Source: Bigelowiella natans CCMP2755 (lineage: Eukaryota > Protista > Cercozoa). From it: a stretch of DNA of 64,000 nucleotides. The DNA is taken from NCBI GenBank assembly GCA_000320545.1, contig ADNK01000427.1:124001-188000 (forward strand), given 5' to 3'. The notes beneath the pieces are model-generated. The model was not told where the DNA came from and ran no database searches. It saw only the letters and a program-made list of their open reading frames with translations. Positions 13,439 through 27,978 of the stretch are shown here, piece by piece. Each line of letters opens with the position of its first letter. The stretch's first letter is position 1. Made by a program: the position numbers and the translations under genes.

Positions 13439-15080
13439 AAACGAATCATTTAAGACAAGGTCCGTGTAAAAATACATTGCCCCTGCTGTATTTCAGAAAG
13501 CAAAGGAGGCCAAAGCTAAGGAGGGAAAAGTTTCATTCACTACACGGTGCAGTATCATCGCATATTTTTGACAATTTGGTATTAATGACACGTATTCTTC
13601 AGAGTCGTAGATGGAGTGAAGCACGGGGTTGTTACTGTGGGAAACATGACAATATGGTTCACCACAGGTCCATAAGCTTAGAGCGACGGTCTTCCATTTC
13701 TAAAGCCATTCTACTTGATTTATCCATATCTGTAAGGAGCATTGCATCTACTGACACATCCTTCGGAGATTCCTGGGAGATTGGATTCTCTATGGAAAAC
13801 GATCAAGCACGAAGCTTATGATTACTGGTAATGATGGGTGGTTCTTCTTCAGACTACTCACAGTTGTGCAGCAGCGTTGTTTAACAAAGTACTGCGAACA
13901 TATCTTTCTTTCTCACAGGATTGGTTTCAAACTCATGGGGAAGAATATTGGTGAGATTGAGAAATAATATCGGTTCTTTGTTAGCATGAAGCGCTCATGA
14001 TATCATTTACACATATTACAAGGCACGGCTGCATCTATCCTTCTCACAGCGCTGCAAGGAAAACGTCTTACAAGGCGTGAGAGGAGGTGGGTAGTAGACA
14101 GCACATCGTGCTTGTCAATGAACGTGCCGCTTGATATTATTTCACTGATTTTTGACAAGAAACACGCAATGCTGCCACTGAATCGATCCAACGATACTAC
14201 TATCATCCTTAGAATGCTCCGAAGAACTGCCGTGGATATCTTTCGCCTAGGTATTTACCTTGCAAAGAGGAAGAGGAAGAGGCTGTAGTTTATGCTACAA
14301 TTGTTGTTGCTGTTGTCGTTGTCGTCGAAATGAAACTGATTTGTCCCCCATAGCAGACCTGATAGATATAGAAGCGTAAAAATGTAGCATATGTTCCCTA
14401 TTCGGAATATATTCGTATACCCTCCCTCTATCCCAATATATCAATTTAACACGTATGCACGCACTTATTTTTGGTGGTTGGTTGTTATCGTAGTCCCGTT
14501 CTCCATTTTCATCATCATCCCATTCATGGAGTTCCTGCTCCCTGTAGCTCTGAGAATGTTTCCGAACATGTTACCTTCCAGGTGTGTGCTGCCGTGTGAT
14601 TGTGTGCTTTTGTGCGGTTTGTACTTTGAGTGTTATCGTGTATATGATTTACTGAATCTCATTTGCTGCCGCCACTAATTGCTTCTTGATCATTATTCTT
14701 TCAAAGTTTCAAGAAGGTTCATGAACGGGAAGATAAGCTGAAAAAGGACCTCCAGGCACGATTACAGGTAGGGGGTACAATGTACAACAAAAAACAGCAG
14801 AAGAAGCGACAACAACAACTACAACTAGTACTACTACAAGTAGCTTCTTCCGGCTTTGCGAGATTGTACTTACATTGTCTCCCTCTAACCTACATACTAC
14901 TCCTTAGATGGCAAGTTTCCTTCAAGAAACAGTCAACGAGCTTGCCAAATCGAAACTGGTTGTTTGTGACAACTACTCACTCACGTACATCATTATCATT
15001 ATCATTATCATCATCATCATCATCATCGGTGTTTCTTATCACAGCGCTTGCTGTTTTGGCTTTACTACCTCAAACATCCC

Positions 15081-15120
<40 letters not shown>

Positions 15121-15430
15121 CAGAAAGACAAAGACGAGAAAGAAAACGTGGCGGAAATGCTTGGCCTAGTGCGAAAAGGTGAGACATGAGACAAACGATG
15201 ATGGGGAGCGGCTCTTGTGTACAACCACTGACCACATTTGTCTGCCACTTCCTCTTAAGGAAGAAGAAGAAGAAGATGATGATGATGATGATAATGATGG
15301 TACTCGCATCATCAGGTCACCGGATATCCAATGACCAAATCCTTAAGGTTGCAAAGGTGTTTAACGACGAAATCACGTTGGAGAACATGCACAGGCCTCA
15401 ACTGGTGAGTAATTATGATAACCACCTTCC

Positions 15431-15466
<36 letters not shown>

Positions 15467-15842
15467 AGAAACATGATATGCAACATAATACGCAGCAACA
15501 AAATAATGTCGGATAATGAAGTAGAGAATGGTGGCATTTTACAGGAAGAGACAACAATTATATGTGTGATATAACAACGAAAAATACCTGCCACTCTACT
15601 GCCTTTAAATAAGTATATATATACTATCGACAACACATACAACACTTTGTTGCAGGTAAGTTTATGCCAGTACATGGGGCTAAGACCGTATGGATCGAAT
15701 CCACATCTCAGGTTGTAGAAGAAGGACATTAGGAAACGACGACGATGCATCATGATCATCATGATGATGACGATGATGTATGATGTGGTGGTTGTGAAGA
15801 AATTTCTCTCTCTCCCTCTCCCCCCCTCTCTCTCTTCCCGGT

Positions 15843-15875
<33 letters not shown>

Positions 15876-15971
15876 TAATTTATTTCGAGATTTTGAAATC
15901 ATTATGGTGATTCTTATTATTAATGTTTGGCTGGTTGGTGGGTCGTCGCTCCTCCTCCTTCCTTACTACTT

Positions 15972-16013
<42 letters not shown>

Positions 16014-18433
16014 CAGGTGGGTTCTCCAAAATAAAATGATGAAGTTGCACGAAGATGACGAGCTCATAGCGAGAGAGGTAGTAGTGCTGGGGGTGGTGGT
16101 GGTGATGGTGATGCCTCTTTTTCACTTCAAGGACGGACACATCATTGTTAGTATAACGCCTTTAGAATTAAGAGAAAACAGGGCTCAATACTCTGAATCA
16201 TCATACTTCTATTCTATTTGCCTCGCGCCGCATGTTCTCATCTTCTTTTCTGAGTGCTATTGCTCATATTCGTTGTTTTGGTTATTAGGGAGTGGAATCG
16301 TTGACCGTTGAAGAGCTTCGGTACTACCAATCCACACATCACACCCATGCCATGTGAATGCAGCACACACGCGTCGTGTGCTCTGCATTTTCCTCGACTC
16401 CACCTACTGTCTACAACAATACTTCACACCTATATCACTTTGAGCATCATGGTGTAGCACATCAACGTTCTCAGCGAGTTGGTTCTTGGCAAATGTTTGC
16501 AATTCCGTGGCACTACACAATTGTTAGCTGTTACCTCTGCTGCTGTCTGATTTGTCTTCAACAGACACAAAGACACGCGCACACACACACACACACATCA
16601 CCGTATGCTACATCACCAGGGACGCTCTCCAAGCACGTGGAATGCGTACAGTGGGCCTTACCCCCGCAGGATACCGAAGAAATCTTAAGCAATGGCTGAA
16701 TCTTTCTCTGAATCGCGAGGTGACTTTTTGTTGTGTTTACTAAAATCATTACTTGTCTATACTGTTGTTACATCTCATGAAACTGCTCGTAGTAAGCAGA
16801 GCCATGCTTCTACTCACCAAGTGTGAGTTTCGATTTTAATTCGTACATTACAATTTGGGGGGGGGGGCAGGTACCTCTTTCTCTCTTGATCTTGAGCCGT
16901 GCTTTTACCATTTTGGAAACACGACGTGAAGAAGCATTGAGTGCAACACTATCAGCTCTAGAGGAGGTGGGTCACTACCGAACAACACAAACAACAATCA
17001 ATCAATATCAATCAATCAAATAAACAAATTGTGTAGCTTTCTCTATCTCATGTATTTTGGGCTATTAGACGACCGCTGTCGTTCTTCATTATCCAATTAT
17101 TATTATTATTATTTTTTTTTTTTTTTTTATCATTAGTAGTAGTAGTAGTGTTACAACCACCCATCACCCCCAAGATGCTTCATCATTACCATCTTGAAAC
17201 AATAACAACGACATCGACACCTACTACTAGTAGTAGTACTGGTACGACTACTACCACAACAACACAATCAATTCACCAATCAAACTATGAATCAATCAAT
17301 CAGGACACTGTTGAAGAGGTGCTGTACGGTGGTGGGTTGGAAACCAACGCAGCGACTAAGCTGGAGGTGCTTGAAAGGCAGAATGAGCTCATTTCTGAAG
17401 AATCGATCGAGCGAGCAGAGAGGGAGGAGCGACGTCGTAAGATCGCAGCTGCAAAGCAAGCTGAAGCCGAGGCCGTGGTCATATTATCAACGCATTCTAA
17501 CAAATCCCCCTCCCCCTCCTCCTCCTCCTCCTCTTCCATCTCATCGTAAGGACACCTGTAGTGATGCCTTCGATCATCATCAAACAGGAAGCTGAGAAGG
17601 CTGCAAAGAAGGAGAAGGACGAGGCCAAAGAGGTGGCGGGAGCAGCAGCAGCAGCACCAGACACGGTCGTCGTCAGAGGAACATCATCATTACCTCAATC
17701 TGGTAGTAGTATTATTCGATACTCCATTCTCAACCACAACAGCAGCAGAGCAGCAGCAGCAGCAGCAACAACAACAACAACAACCTCATTTCGTCATCAC
17801 ACCGCCTACAACATTGAAGTGCTAAATCCATTCGTTTCTTCTTGTTCTTCTTCTTCCTCTTCTTCCAGAGCACAAAACTATCCCGGAAACAACTACTGTG
17901 GATGATCCTGCAACTGTCCTGGATGTGAGTGCAACGATGATACCGCTAACAATAGAAAGGAAGAAAGCGGAGAGAGAATTATCAACAATACATCGAGTTG
18001 ATAACATGCTGCGATCATTTTGGATTAAATTCATGGTTTAATGACGAATTTCCTGGACGATCAACAGGCAACGGTGAAGGCCGAAGATATTATCCAAGAG
18101 GAGACAACGATAGGAGAGAAAAAGGTGTTATTGCTGGTGGTGGTTTCATTGCAAATCCATTCCAAAATGGAAAGAAAACACTAATTGAGTAATAGTCACG
18201 TGCATAGTGTGGATTTTCCTAAATTGAAAAATACCAGGAGAGGCAAACCTGGTTCTTTGTCTTCTTTTACATTGATGAAGTGCTGTATACGTGGGTGCTG
18301 TTGTTGTTGTAGATTGTGATTCCTGATTCTGTTCTGGAAGAAGCTGTCGAGGACTTAGAGGCCCTTCTCCAAAAGCAAGCTGTACAGGTACGATCAACAG
18401 GCAACAAGCAGCAGCAGTAGTAGTAGTAGCAGA

Positions 18434-18465
<32 letters not shown>

Positions 18466-18550
18466 AATGTCCCAGGTTCTCGAAGGACCAAACAGCAAAT
18501 TACTAAAATAAAACGACGCCTGATTGTTTTGTATCGCCATCGCATATGAT

Positions 18551-18604
<54 letters not shown>

Positions 18605-19115
18605 GGAAGAAAGAGATGTGCTCGAAGCTCTCAAGCGTGAATTGCAAGAAGACCGTGAGGAGGTAGTAGTAGTAGTAGTAGTCGTAGCAGTACATCGATT
18701 GTTGCTGCAACCTGAAATGACAAGGCAGCTAAGAAGAAGAAATGAGCGAGAAAGAGCAAGAGAAGTAGTAGGGATTATGATGTAGCACATGCATTGAGGT
18801 AATTTATTCGAGTAATAACCAGGAACTTCTTGAGGGAGCGGTGGTCAAAGAAACAGCTGATATTGAGTCGCAAGCCGGTCTTCACCATGCTGAGGAGAAG
18901 GAGAAGAAAAAGGAGGAGGCGGAGGAGGGAAAGAAGGAGGAGGCGGAGGAGGACGATATTGTAGTAGCAGCTACTACAATCGACTCCACCACGACAGATC
19001 AACTCAAGGCTGCAGAGAGAGAGTTATCCGAGGAAGTCAAGTCCTTCTCAAAATCTCTTGCGGTGCACACAGCAGACCAGATTCAGGAAATACAAAACGA
19101 GGAGGTGGCGATAAC

Positions 19116-19148
<33 letters not shown>

Positions 19149-19921
19149 AGTAAACTTTTCGTCCCACTACTACTACCTAACCTGAAGTGTCCATCGATGA
19201 TTGATCAGGAGGACTATTCAGATGTTACCACAGAGATCATTGCTGATAGGCTCAAGGGACGTGTGGAGAAGATGCTTGCTAACATTGAAAAACGCATTGA
19301 AGATGCAGATAAACAGATGGAAAAGCTTAACGTAAAAAAAACAAATGGGCTCCTTGTCCTTAAATCTATCACATCCAAATGTGCTATGTCCCCCATTCAA
19401 TCTCTTCCAATAATTTATCGTTGCAGCCTTCTCTCGGATGTAGTTTATAGAGCAGCAGCAGCTCAAAATATGCGATGTGTTGGTAGGTTTTGGACACCGA
19501 CGGTGATGGTTTGATCACTGAGCAGGAGCTCAAACTAGCCATCAAAGATGTGCGTACGTCGTCAACAACACCACGATTACTTCTCTTGAATATCGTTGTA
19601 CCTATAGCACCCCAATTCCACACAGAAACAGCAGTTCTAGGAAGACACATTCTAAACAACAGGTTTTGATCGAGCATAATACCGAGGAAGAAGCGACGGC
19701 TATAGCAAAAGAGGTGACGCCATTAACCAACCTCACACTTCTATTGATCTTATCATGTATTGTGGAGTATTCACCGACAACTTAACCCGGGATTATAGGT
19801 TTTGGCCCGAGCTCATGACAAGCTAAACATCGGTAGTACGACGTATTCAATTGTGGTTCAACAGCGTGCCTAAATTGCGTGGGGAAGACAGGGTGAATGT
19901 ATTGTCAACGCGGTCATATGC

Positions 19922-19982
<61 letters not shown>

Positions 19983-20372
19983 ATGTGTGTGTGATTCTTC
20001 TTGTTGCTCTGAGTCTGCTTTGATGTTTGGCGATCATATACCTCCTGTGATCGTCTTTACTACAGCATGCCGTGGAGCTGTCATCACAGCCTTTTTTTCC
20101 TTTCTTTCTTTACTCACCCTTCTTTGTTCAAACTCTGTACAAAGGTGTATCGACGACCCAATTGATTCACTTAGCGCATGAGCTTCGAGCAAGGCACTTC
20201 AAAAAAGCTGATCAGGTATTTTAAACACACTACAAATCTCCGCTCGGAATATTTTATCAACAAGCTACCACATTTTGCCCAGCAGGAACCTGAGCGGAAG
20301 GAGCAAAATGCTGAGAATAGGAGCGACGGTGAAAGTGCCACGAATAAAGCTGAGACCTCCAGAAATGAGTGA
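12460..20372 (+). CDS. LETM1: LETM1 mitochondrial inner-membrane cation/H+ exchanger with C-terminal EF-hand; 5' end approximate
   Basis: Spliced exons read KHEAYDYW|IGFKL..., LTRRER|[13 protein letters not shown]|[60 protein letters not shown]...QWLNLSL and [14 protein letters not shown]-hand [14 protein letters not shown] near 19490. The start codon is not resolved. Confidence 0.92.
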
Positions 20373-21257
20373 GCACTTCATTCACACACTCAACACCGTA
20401 CAAAGTGCGTGTAATCGATGGAAAGGGAGGGAATCATCTACATTTTTTGGTTAGATATCACCTTGAACATCGGTAGAACTCACAATAGCTAGATTGTCTG
20501 CGTACACGTGCTTCGGATCAGCAATTCAGCCCTACATAAACGTTTCCAATAATGCCAAACCACTAGCCATTGTGGCAGTTATTTGGGAAATTTATAAGCA
20601 AAAATAATCAGTTTCGTATGTGTAGCGTCTGGATGTATATCTAGCGAATCGCTGTGGCTTTGTGCTAGACATGCAACAATAGCAATCTGGATAATGCCTA
20701 ACAATTGCCTAGCCGAGCGCGCGTAGGTGCGTGTAAACCAGAAACTTAGCGAATAAGCGCTTGCAATACATATCTAGATACATTCAGTAGATGCGTGTTC
20801 ATGTACAGACATGTAACACATGTAGTAGCTACATCTAGATATGTGCTACATACTAGCATGTATGACTTAATGGATGCATAGTATGGCCTAGCTAGCTAGT
20901 GGCACACGGCGCACATGGGGTAGCGGTAGACAATGAGCCGTATCACGTAGCCAGTCAAGTAAGTAGGCGGCAAGCTCTGCTTCCTATTGGGATGACAATG
21001 CTAGCAATGGGCTGGCCGATTTTCGCAGCAGCAGCAGCTAGCCGCTCAATTGTTGGCATGTGCTAGCATGTCTAGATGTGCATGTGTGGGCAGCGAAATC
21101 AACGTACGCTATCGCCGACAGAATAGTAGTGGGGGCAGCGTTGCACCCTAGCTCGTAACTCGCACAACCATCGTCAGAGGATCATACATGTATCCTAGAT
21201 ATTGTGCGTGCGTAGATTATAGGCAAGTATTCATCTTTCGTATCTTAGATGCATTAA

Positions 21258-21567
21258 TTAATCAGCATCGGAACCATGGATTAAATCCCTGTTTACAAAT
21301 CTGATCTTTCCGCTATCCGAGCCAGCGACGAGCCAGCCTCTTTCACTGTCAATATCGACAATATCGACCGAATTGTACGATAGAAATTCACGTGCAACTA
21401 TATTAGTTATTGTTCCCTCTCCATTCAAATTGTGTATGTCCGTGCTGATGATATTTCCATCTTCCCCGCAGGAAACTAGTATATCTGGTTTTTCTGGTGA
21501 AAACATCATTCTCCATACCTGAGAATTTATAAAAAGTAAAGTAAGTTCCCACGCAGAGAAATAAATT

Positions 21568-21619
<52 letters not shown>

Positions 21620-21753
21620 TAAGATCCTTTAATTACCGGTCCATTGTGCGCTTCGCTTGTGCACAAAGGAAGTTTCATATTCCTAGTGTCCCAGATCAAT
21701 ATTGCTCCCTCTTCAGAGCCTGTCGCAACTGTGCCTGTATTCTCTTCCTCCTG

Positions 21754-21814
<61 letters not shown>

Positions 21815-22433
21815 AGAGAGAGAAAGTCTTTGTTAATAATAAATTTCATATTTTTGTCAATGATCAACTCGCACAACCGTGAGTGTGCAACACGTGAACA
21901 TCCTCGAGTCCTTTACGAATGAACTAGATGCTTTCAACTCCATCCTCTTATCCCATTTGTCAATGCGAGCTCCCATGCCGACCTGGAAGAAGAACAACCG
22001 CAAGAATAGCAATTATTTTTGGAACTAATAATAACAACAATAACATTATTATCATTATTATTATTAATAATAATAATTATTATTAATAATAATACAGAGG
22101 ACGGAAACACTAGGAAAGAATCAGTAGAGCAGTTGGTTGGCAACGATAAATACCGTGTAGATTTCTCCTGTACTAGACCAAACAGCATCAGTTATCGGGC
22201 ATTTAGTCGAACCTGCACATCAATGATGAGGGGAGAATATGGCGGTCAATACAACGACAGGTGAGAAAATGATGACAGGTACGTTTCTCTGGTGAATCAC
22301 GCCGTTGAATTTGTGTTAAGTGAATGTCCCCATTGTCGGAAGTGCTTAATATGGTTTTCCCCTGTTCATTTCATATCAAGTTTGTACGATCACGAACTAA
22401 CGATGATGAAAATCTTGGCACGATGACAGTCAC

Positions 22434-22475
<42 letters not shown>

Positions 22476-23597
22476 TATATCAAATGTATGCAAATGTATG
22501 CTTCTGCTGTAGCTCATAGTGCCCATATTAGGCAACAAGAGTTGTTCGCAATGCAATCATCTTTCTTGGAACATGATATTCGGAATTTGGTTGTATTCTT
22601 CGATCCAATTTCCGGCCTTCGTTCCTTGCAGACATCAAATGCCTGCCTATCATTTGTCTATCATTATATCATTTTTTAGTCCCCACGTTTGGATGTTGCA
22701 TATCGAGCGCTGTAATTTCTGTCTTATGCGGTCTCCAAGGTGTGGGGCTACGAGACACGGAGGATTGCTGCTTTGTATGCAGCACAGGGAATGGTATCTT
22801 TGCGGTCAAAACCTGGAATATAAGGGATTAGCAGTGTGGTTGTGAAAGTAGTAAGTTGCATGGATGATACCGGGTATCTTTTCCGTTGTCTTCCATACAT
22901 TCCTTCTTCTAATTCTTCATCATCAAACATCTCTTTTTGCTCCTCAATATCCTGAAAGATAGTTGCCAAAAGAAAATCATATTGATGATACAGTTTGAGA
23001 TATGGTCACGACCCTTACAGCAACAGCAGCAGCAGCATTCAGCCATTAAGCACAACCACCACCACCTGTTTCAGTGCCTTTTCGTCAAGCTCTTGGATGG
23101 AGACGTATCCGAAGGAATTGGCTACAAGGAAAAAAGCTTGGTCCGTAGGGTTGCAAAAACTGGTAAGATCTCCTGCACACTCGAGCGATGCAGAGGGTGG
23201 AAAAAGAGGTTCATTCTTAGAAGTTGCGGTAAATTGATCCCAGTCAACGCCGTGGACGCCCAAGTCACTTTTCTGCATATATATAACATATTATCTTTCC
23301 ATGAAATGATTTCAGTCTTATTGTTCAAGCTTTACCCGGCCTTTCGAAGATCCAACGAAGATGTGTGAAGGTTCCTGACTACCAACGGGATGCGCCCATC
23401 GCACCAATTGAACCTAGCACACACACACACACACACACACATTTTTCCCTCTGACATTTAAGACAGGAATTGCGTGCGAAAAAGACCTTTCCCTCCAGTT
23501 GCGTGTGAATCGTATCAGCCGCTTTTTTGCCTGGGACTTTGGCTAGGTCATTAGACAGCAGTCTCAGCCCGAAGTCATCAAATGAAGGATTATCCAT
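21258..23597 (-). CDS. NUP43: Nucleoporin Nup43 (WD40 repeat protein)
   Basis: Exons VQLVRWAHP...IFVGSS, AGDLTSF...FLVANSFGYV, VATGSEEGAILIWDTR...EAHNGP, FSPEKPDILVSCGEDG and LSYNSVD...LVAGSDSG are colinear with the Nup43 blades. Confidence 0.75.
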
Positions 23598-23618
23598 TAC
23601 GGACTTCGAGCGCGCGCT

Positions 23619-23692
23619 TGTGTTGATTATTGTTGTTTGTGTTGTCTGTCGTAAGTGTGTTGATTATTGTTGTTTGTGTTGTCTGTCGTAAG
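23619..23692. repeat. Perfect 2 x 37 bp tandem duplication just upstream of the NUP43 start
   Basis: TGTGTTGATTATTGTTGTTTGTGTTGTCTGTCGTAAG occurs at 23619-23655 and again at 23656-23692. Confidence 0.95.
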
Positions 23693-23765
23693 TAAAAATA
23701 AACCCAAAAACAAAGCAGACATCGTGCTTGGAAACCCAGAGTGTTCCCAGAAAAGCAAAAATGAA

Positions 23766-23837
23766 TTCCCACACGGGGAATCGAACCCCGATCTCCGCCT
23801 TGAGAGGGCGATATCCTAACCGTTGGACTATGCGGGA
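23766..23837 (-). tRNA. tRNA-Glu(CTC)
   Basis: Minus strand reads TCCCGCATAGTCCAACGGTTAGGATATCGCC-CTCTCAA-GGCGGAGATCGGGGTTCGATTCCCCGTGTGGGAA (72 nt). It folds into a cloverleaf with a GTTCGA T-loop and anticodon CTC, and has a downstream T-run. Confidence 0.96.
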
Positions 23838-24073
23838 TAAGGATGATGACAATCAATGTAGAATTATTGAACTTATAAGATAATTTGATGCAATTATCTA
23901 GGAGAACAATGAAGTATCGTTGAAGTTGATCTTGTAGTAAAGTACATGTAGTCTCGTAGTCTTCTCTCTCCTAACTTCCACTTCACTTCCTTCCGTCGGG
24001 GATGGATGATCACATGACAAGCTGTTGAACATCGCTGCAAGTGTGAGAAGTGCTTGCCCTCCTAGAAGGGAGA

Positions 24074-26339
24074 ATGAACAAGCTGTGGAAGAACATTTCC
24101 TTCATCGGGAAAAAGAAGTGCAGCTTTAACTTCACAATCTCCATACACGGTCTTGACAATGTTCCAGCAGACCGAATTCTGGTAGTAGTAACTCAACTAT
24201 TCAGTTTTGCACGGGCTCGCGGACTCATTTTAATGATTATTTGAAGGTTGCCTGTCGATGTATTCGCGGGAATCGAAAGCACGACACCAAAGTTGCAATG
24301 TCAGGATCGCGGAAGGTTGCTCAGATTTATTCGACACACCTACCTTCCCAAAAATTGTTAAGCAGTAGACAATTCTCAGGTGAGATGGAAGAATGAGCAC
24401 TTTCGTTTTACGGGGACGTTGTACGAGATGAAGAGGTAGCTAAACGCCCCCATCGCGCGGCAAAGATATAATGTGATAACACCGCCTTTTCTGATCAGTA
24501 CAAAAGGCGTGGAGTACTCCAGGAAAGAAGTTCTGTTTAAGATCTCCTCTGGAGGGTCCAAGAATGGCGGCGAGTAGGATGACACGACGAGTCATGATTA
24601 TAGAGTAGTGTTTCTGAATACATGTCACTTCTTTCCATATCAGGAGAAGTAGCCTAATGCTTCACGGGAAATTAGACCTCTCGAAATACACCTCAAAGAC
24701 AAAAGAACTCTTTGTAGTTCAACTTCCCTTAAAAAAAAGGAAAGGAACAAAATATAAGGTAGGATTCATGAGATAGGGGCAACAGAGACACTACTCGCAC
24801 TCTTAGGTTCGAGTGATATATCATCCTTCTCATATACAGACAAATGAAGCGGCTGTAGTGCTGAAGCTTAGTATCCAAAGCTGCCAAGCTACTGAGGAGG
24901 TGGCTTACTACTACCAATTAAAAATTAGATTGCATGATATGAAAGGTTTTCAGGAACCTTGTTAAATAAACATATAAATAAATAATTGAGTATGCGCTGA
25001 TCAATCTTGACAGAGTGGCGGCTCAGACTCGGAATGGAGCAATCTTAGCGGGGGGATTTCAGGAGTAAGGAAAAGAACAAAAGCAATTGCACGATTCCTT
25101 TCTGATAAATCCCATTGTCATTGTTCCAGCTATCAGAGATGGACAATTCTCACGATGGCGAGAGCACCCCTCATGGAGCACAGAGGAGGACAATTGACGA
25201 AAAGTAAATTATATGCACTACTTACTTGGTGCATGCAACTCAATCACATGATGTGTTTATCGTGAATAATCAGGAAAATACTGCCGAAGAAGCGCACGAA
25301 GACTACGACAACCTCATCAACTCTAGCGCCTGTGAAAGAGGCCTTCTCGGTGACAGAGGCCACAGCGAAAGACAAGAGTAGCGACAAGGCAGCTGTTCCG
25401 GCGGGGAAGACAGCAGAATTAGCACCAAAGACAACAACAATATCAACAACTGTAGAGAGCAAACACATTGGCATAGTAGATATGGACGGCAACAATGATG
25501 CTGATGAGGCGAATGATGACATGGCTGGAAATTGTATAGAAGAAGAAAACTTGTCACATAAACACAGATCAAAGAATCAGAAGAAGAAGAATTGCTTAGC
25601 TACCACAGCAGCTCATGATGATGCTGCGGATGAGAAGTCAGGAAGATATCCTCATCGAGAAGATGGGAGCAAACAGAATCAGCCTCCTCCTTCGCAACAG
25701 CAGCAGTTCAGTGTCATCATAGACCCTGCGGTAGACGACGACGGTGACGAAGTTGATGCCTCTACAACGCACAATTTTGACACAAATAATATCATCCGCA
25801 GCAATCGTGCTATATCTATCCCAATACACGACGACAAAGCAGCGCACCAAATTTTTAGGGAAAAACCGCCACGTTTGGTGACGACGTGTAAAGGGGGAGG
25901 AGGAGATGCCTCTGACGTGGGGGCCAGTAATAGTATTAGAAGCAGACCGGTGTTACACATACGCCGATGCAATACGGATAATAGTAGTGTGGAGTTAACA
26001 GAACACGATCATCAAGATACTACTGCTGCTGCTGACAAGGACGATGAGCAAAGCTCTACCTCTCGGGCCGGAGAAGAGGAAGAACTGTCACCCAAAGGAC
26101 GACTGGTATTCGCAGCAGCTAAACACTAATTCCTAAGTCATTCAAGTAGTAATAATGGTCATCGTCAAAATATATGTTTCCCCATGGTTCAGTGCGTATT
26201 AATAATGCTACCATCCTCCTTATCAATCAGGGAGATTACATGCAACGGAATAGAATGGAATATGGGAGCAGATTAGCGACGCCCGATGCGAAAACTGCGC
26301 GCATGGAGAAAAGTACTTCACCAACCCTACCATGTGGAA

Positions 26340-26392
<53 letters not shown>

Positions 26393-27168
26393 ATTTATGT
26401 TATACAGAGATTGTATGTGTGTGTCGTGTGTGTGTGTTTATATTGTGTGAGTTGTCCCCCTTCTTTGGCACACTAGTTAGTCATTACTCTACTACTGCTG
26501 CTCTTATATCGCAGGGTACATCAATACTCCATCAAACAGTAGTAACATCAATTACGCACCGAGCCAGGTAAGATTCGTGAAACACCGTCACATATAGATG
26601 GATCGACGATTGTCTACAAAGATGTATGTATAGTATGTTCGCATAAATGACAACGCTCAATCAAATGAATGTGTACACTTTGCGTCCCCTCCCTCCCTTC
26701 CCCCTTCTCTTTGTGAATGTGTGTGAGTTTGTGTGCGCGCGCGTGTGTGTGTGTGTGTGTGGGCGGTTGTGCGTATTAACACACATATATGGTGTATACA
26801 TATGTGCACTCCTCCCTCCTCTTGATCATCTTCATCATCATCATCATCATTATCATCATCATCATTATCATCACCATCAGGATCAGGATCGTTCTCCCAC
26901 TAGTGCAACTAGTGATGCTACACAACCTTCAGAAACACCAGATAAAAGAGCAAGAGAGGTCAGTGCGAAAAAGGAGGAGGAGGAGGAGGAGGAGGAGGAG
27001 ATGATATTGTTTACTCTCATAGCTGTTGTTGTTGTTGCTGCTGCTGCTGCTACTGCTACTACAATGTTTTCTCACAATGAATCACTGCTCGCATATCCCA
27101 ATTCCTTCGTTTCCTTAAGAAACAGATATATTTGTAGGATCACGATGTATGTATGGATTAATGTTGCT

Positions 27169-27204
<36 letters not shown>

Positions 27205-27448
27205 AATGGTTGTTGTTGTTCTTCTTCTTCTTCTTCTTCTTCTTCTTTTTCCTTCTCCTCCTGGTAGTCTGGTGGCACATCGTATTTTAAGAATCTCTTT
27301 GGGGGCTCCAGAAGAAGTAGTTCCACACAAGTGAACGATTCAAAGGTTGGTGAGGAGGAGGAGGAGGAGGAGGAGAAGGAGAAAAAGACAAATAACGCCG
27401 ATAACGACAACAAGGATGAGATATAACTTAGAGATATCTTCCACGCGA

Positions 27449-27482
<34 letters not shown>

Positions 27483-27936
27483 TACGTCGTGCAAATTGAT
27501 GTCAAAAAGTAGTGAAAAGAAGGACTTACGGTTGATTGTATGATTGCCATAGCACGCACTGGACAATATCTTCCGAGACATGGGTGTTGGCGAAGAAGAA
27601 GAAGAAGAAGAAGAAGAAGAAACCACACGGTAAACATACGCAATAAAATATATTATTTATGTTGTGTGCGTACATTAAAGATATATGATCTCCAAGAAGT
27701 AGTGTGTTTATATCAGCGTTGTCTAGTACTGCGGCTTATGAGTAGTAGTACTCTTATCTTAGAATGATATGAATCCTAGAAGATGTGTGTGCAAGTAGTG
27801 GCATTCATTATATAAACATCCCCGTTCTTAGTATCTTCTCTACTGTTGTCGCCCCCTCCTCCTCCTCCGCCTCCTCCTCCTTTGTACTCTTCACTCATTT
27901 GCACAAATCACCATGCGTCGTCGTCGTCGTCGTTAT

Positions 27937-27978
<42 letters not shown>

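Noticed and set aside
23619-23692. 37-bp repeat of CRISPR-like length
   Set aside because: There are only two abutting copies, no spacers and no cas genes, and the context is eukaryotic.
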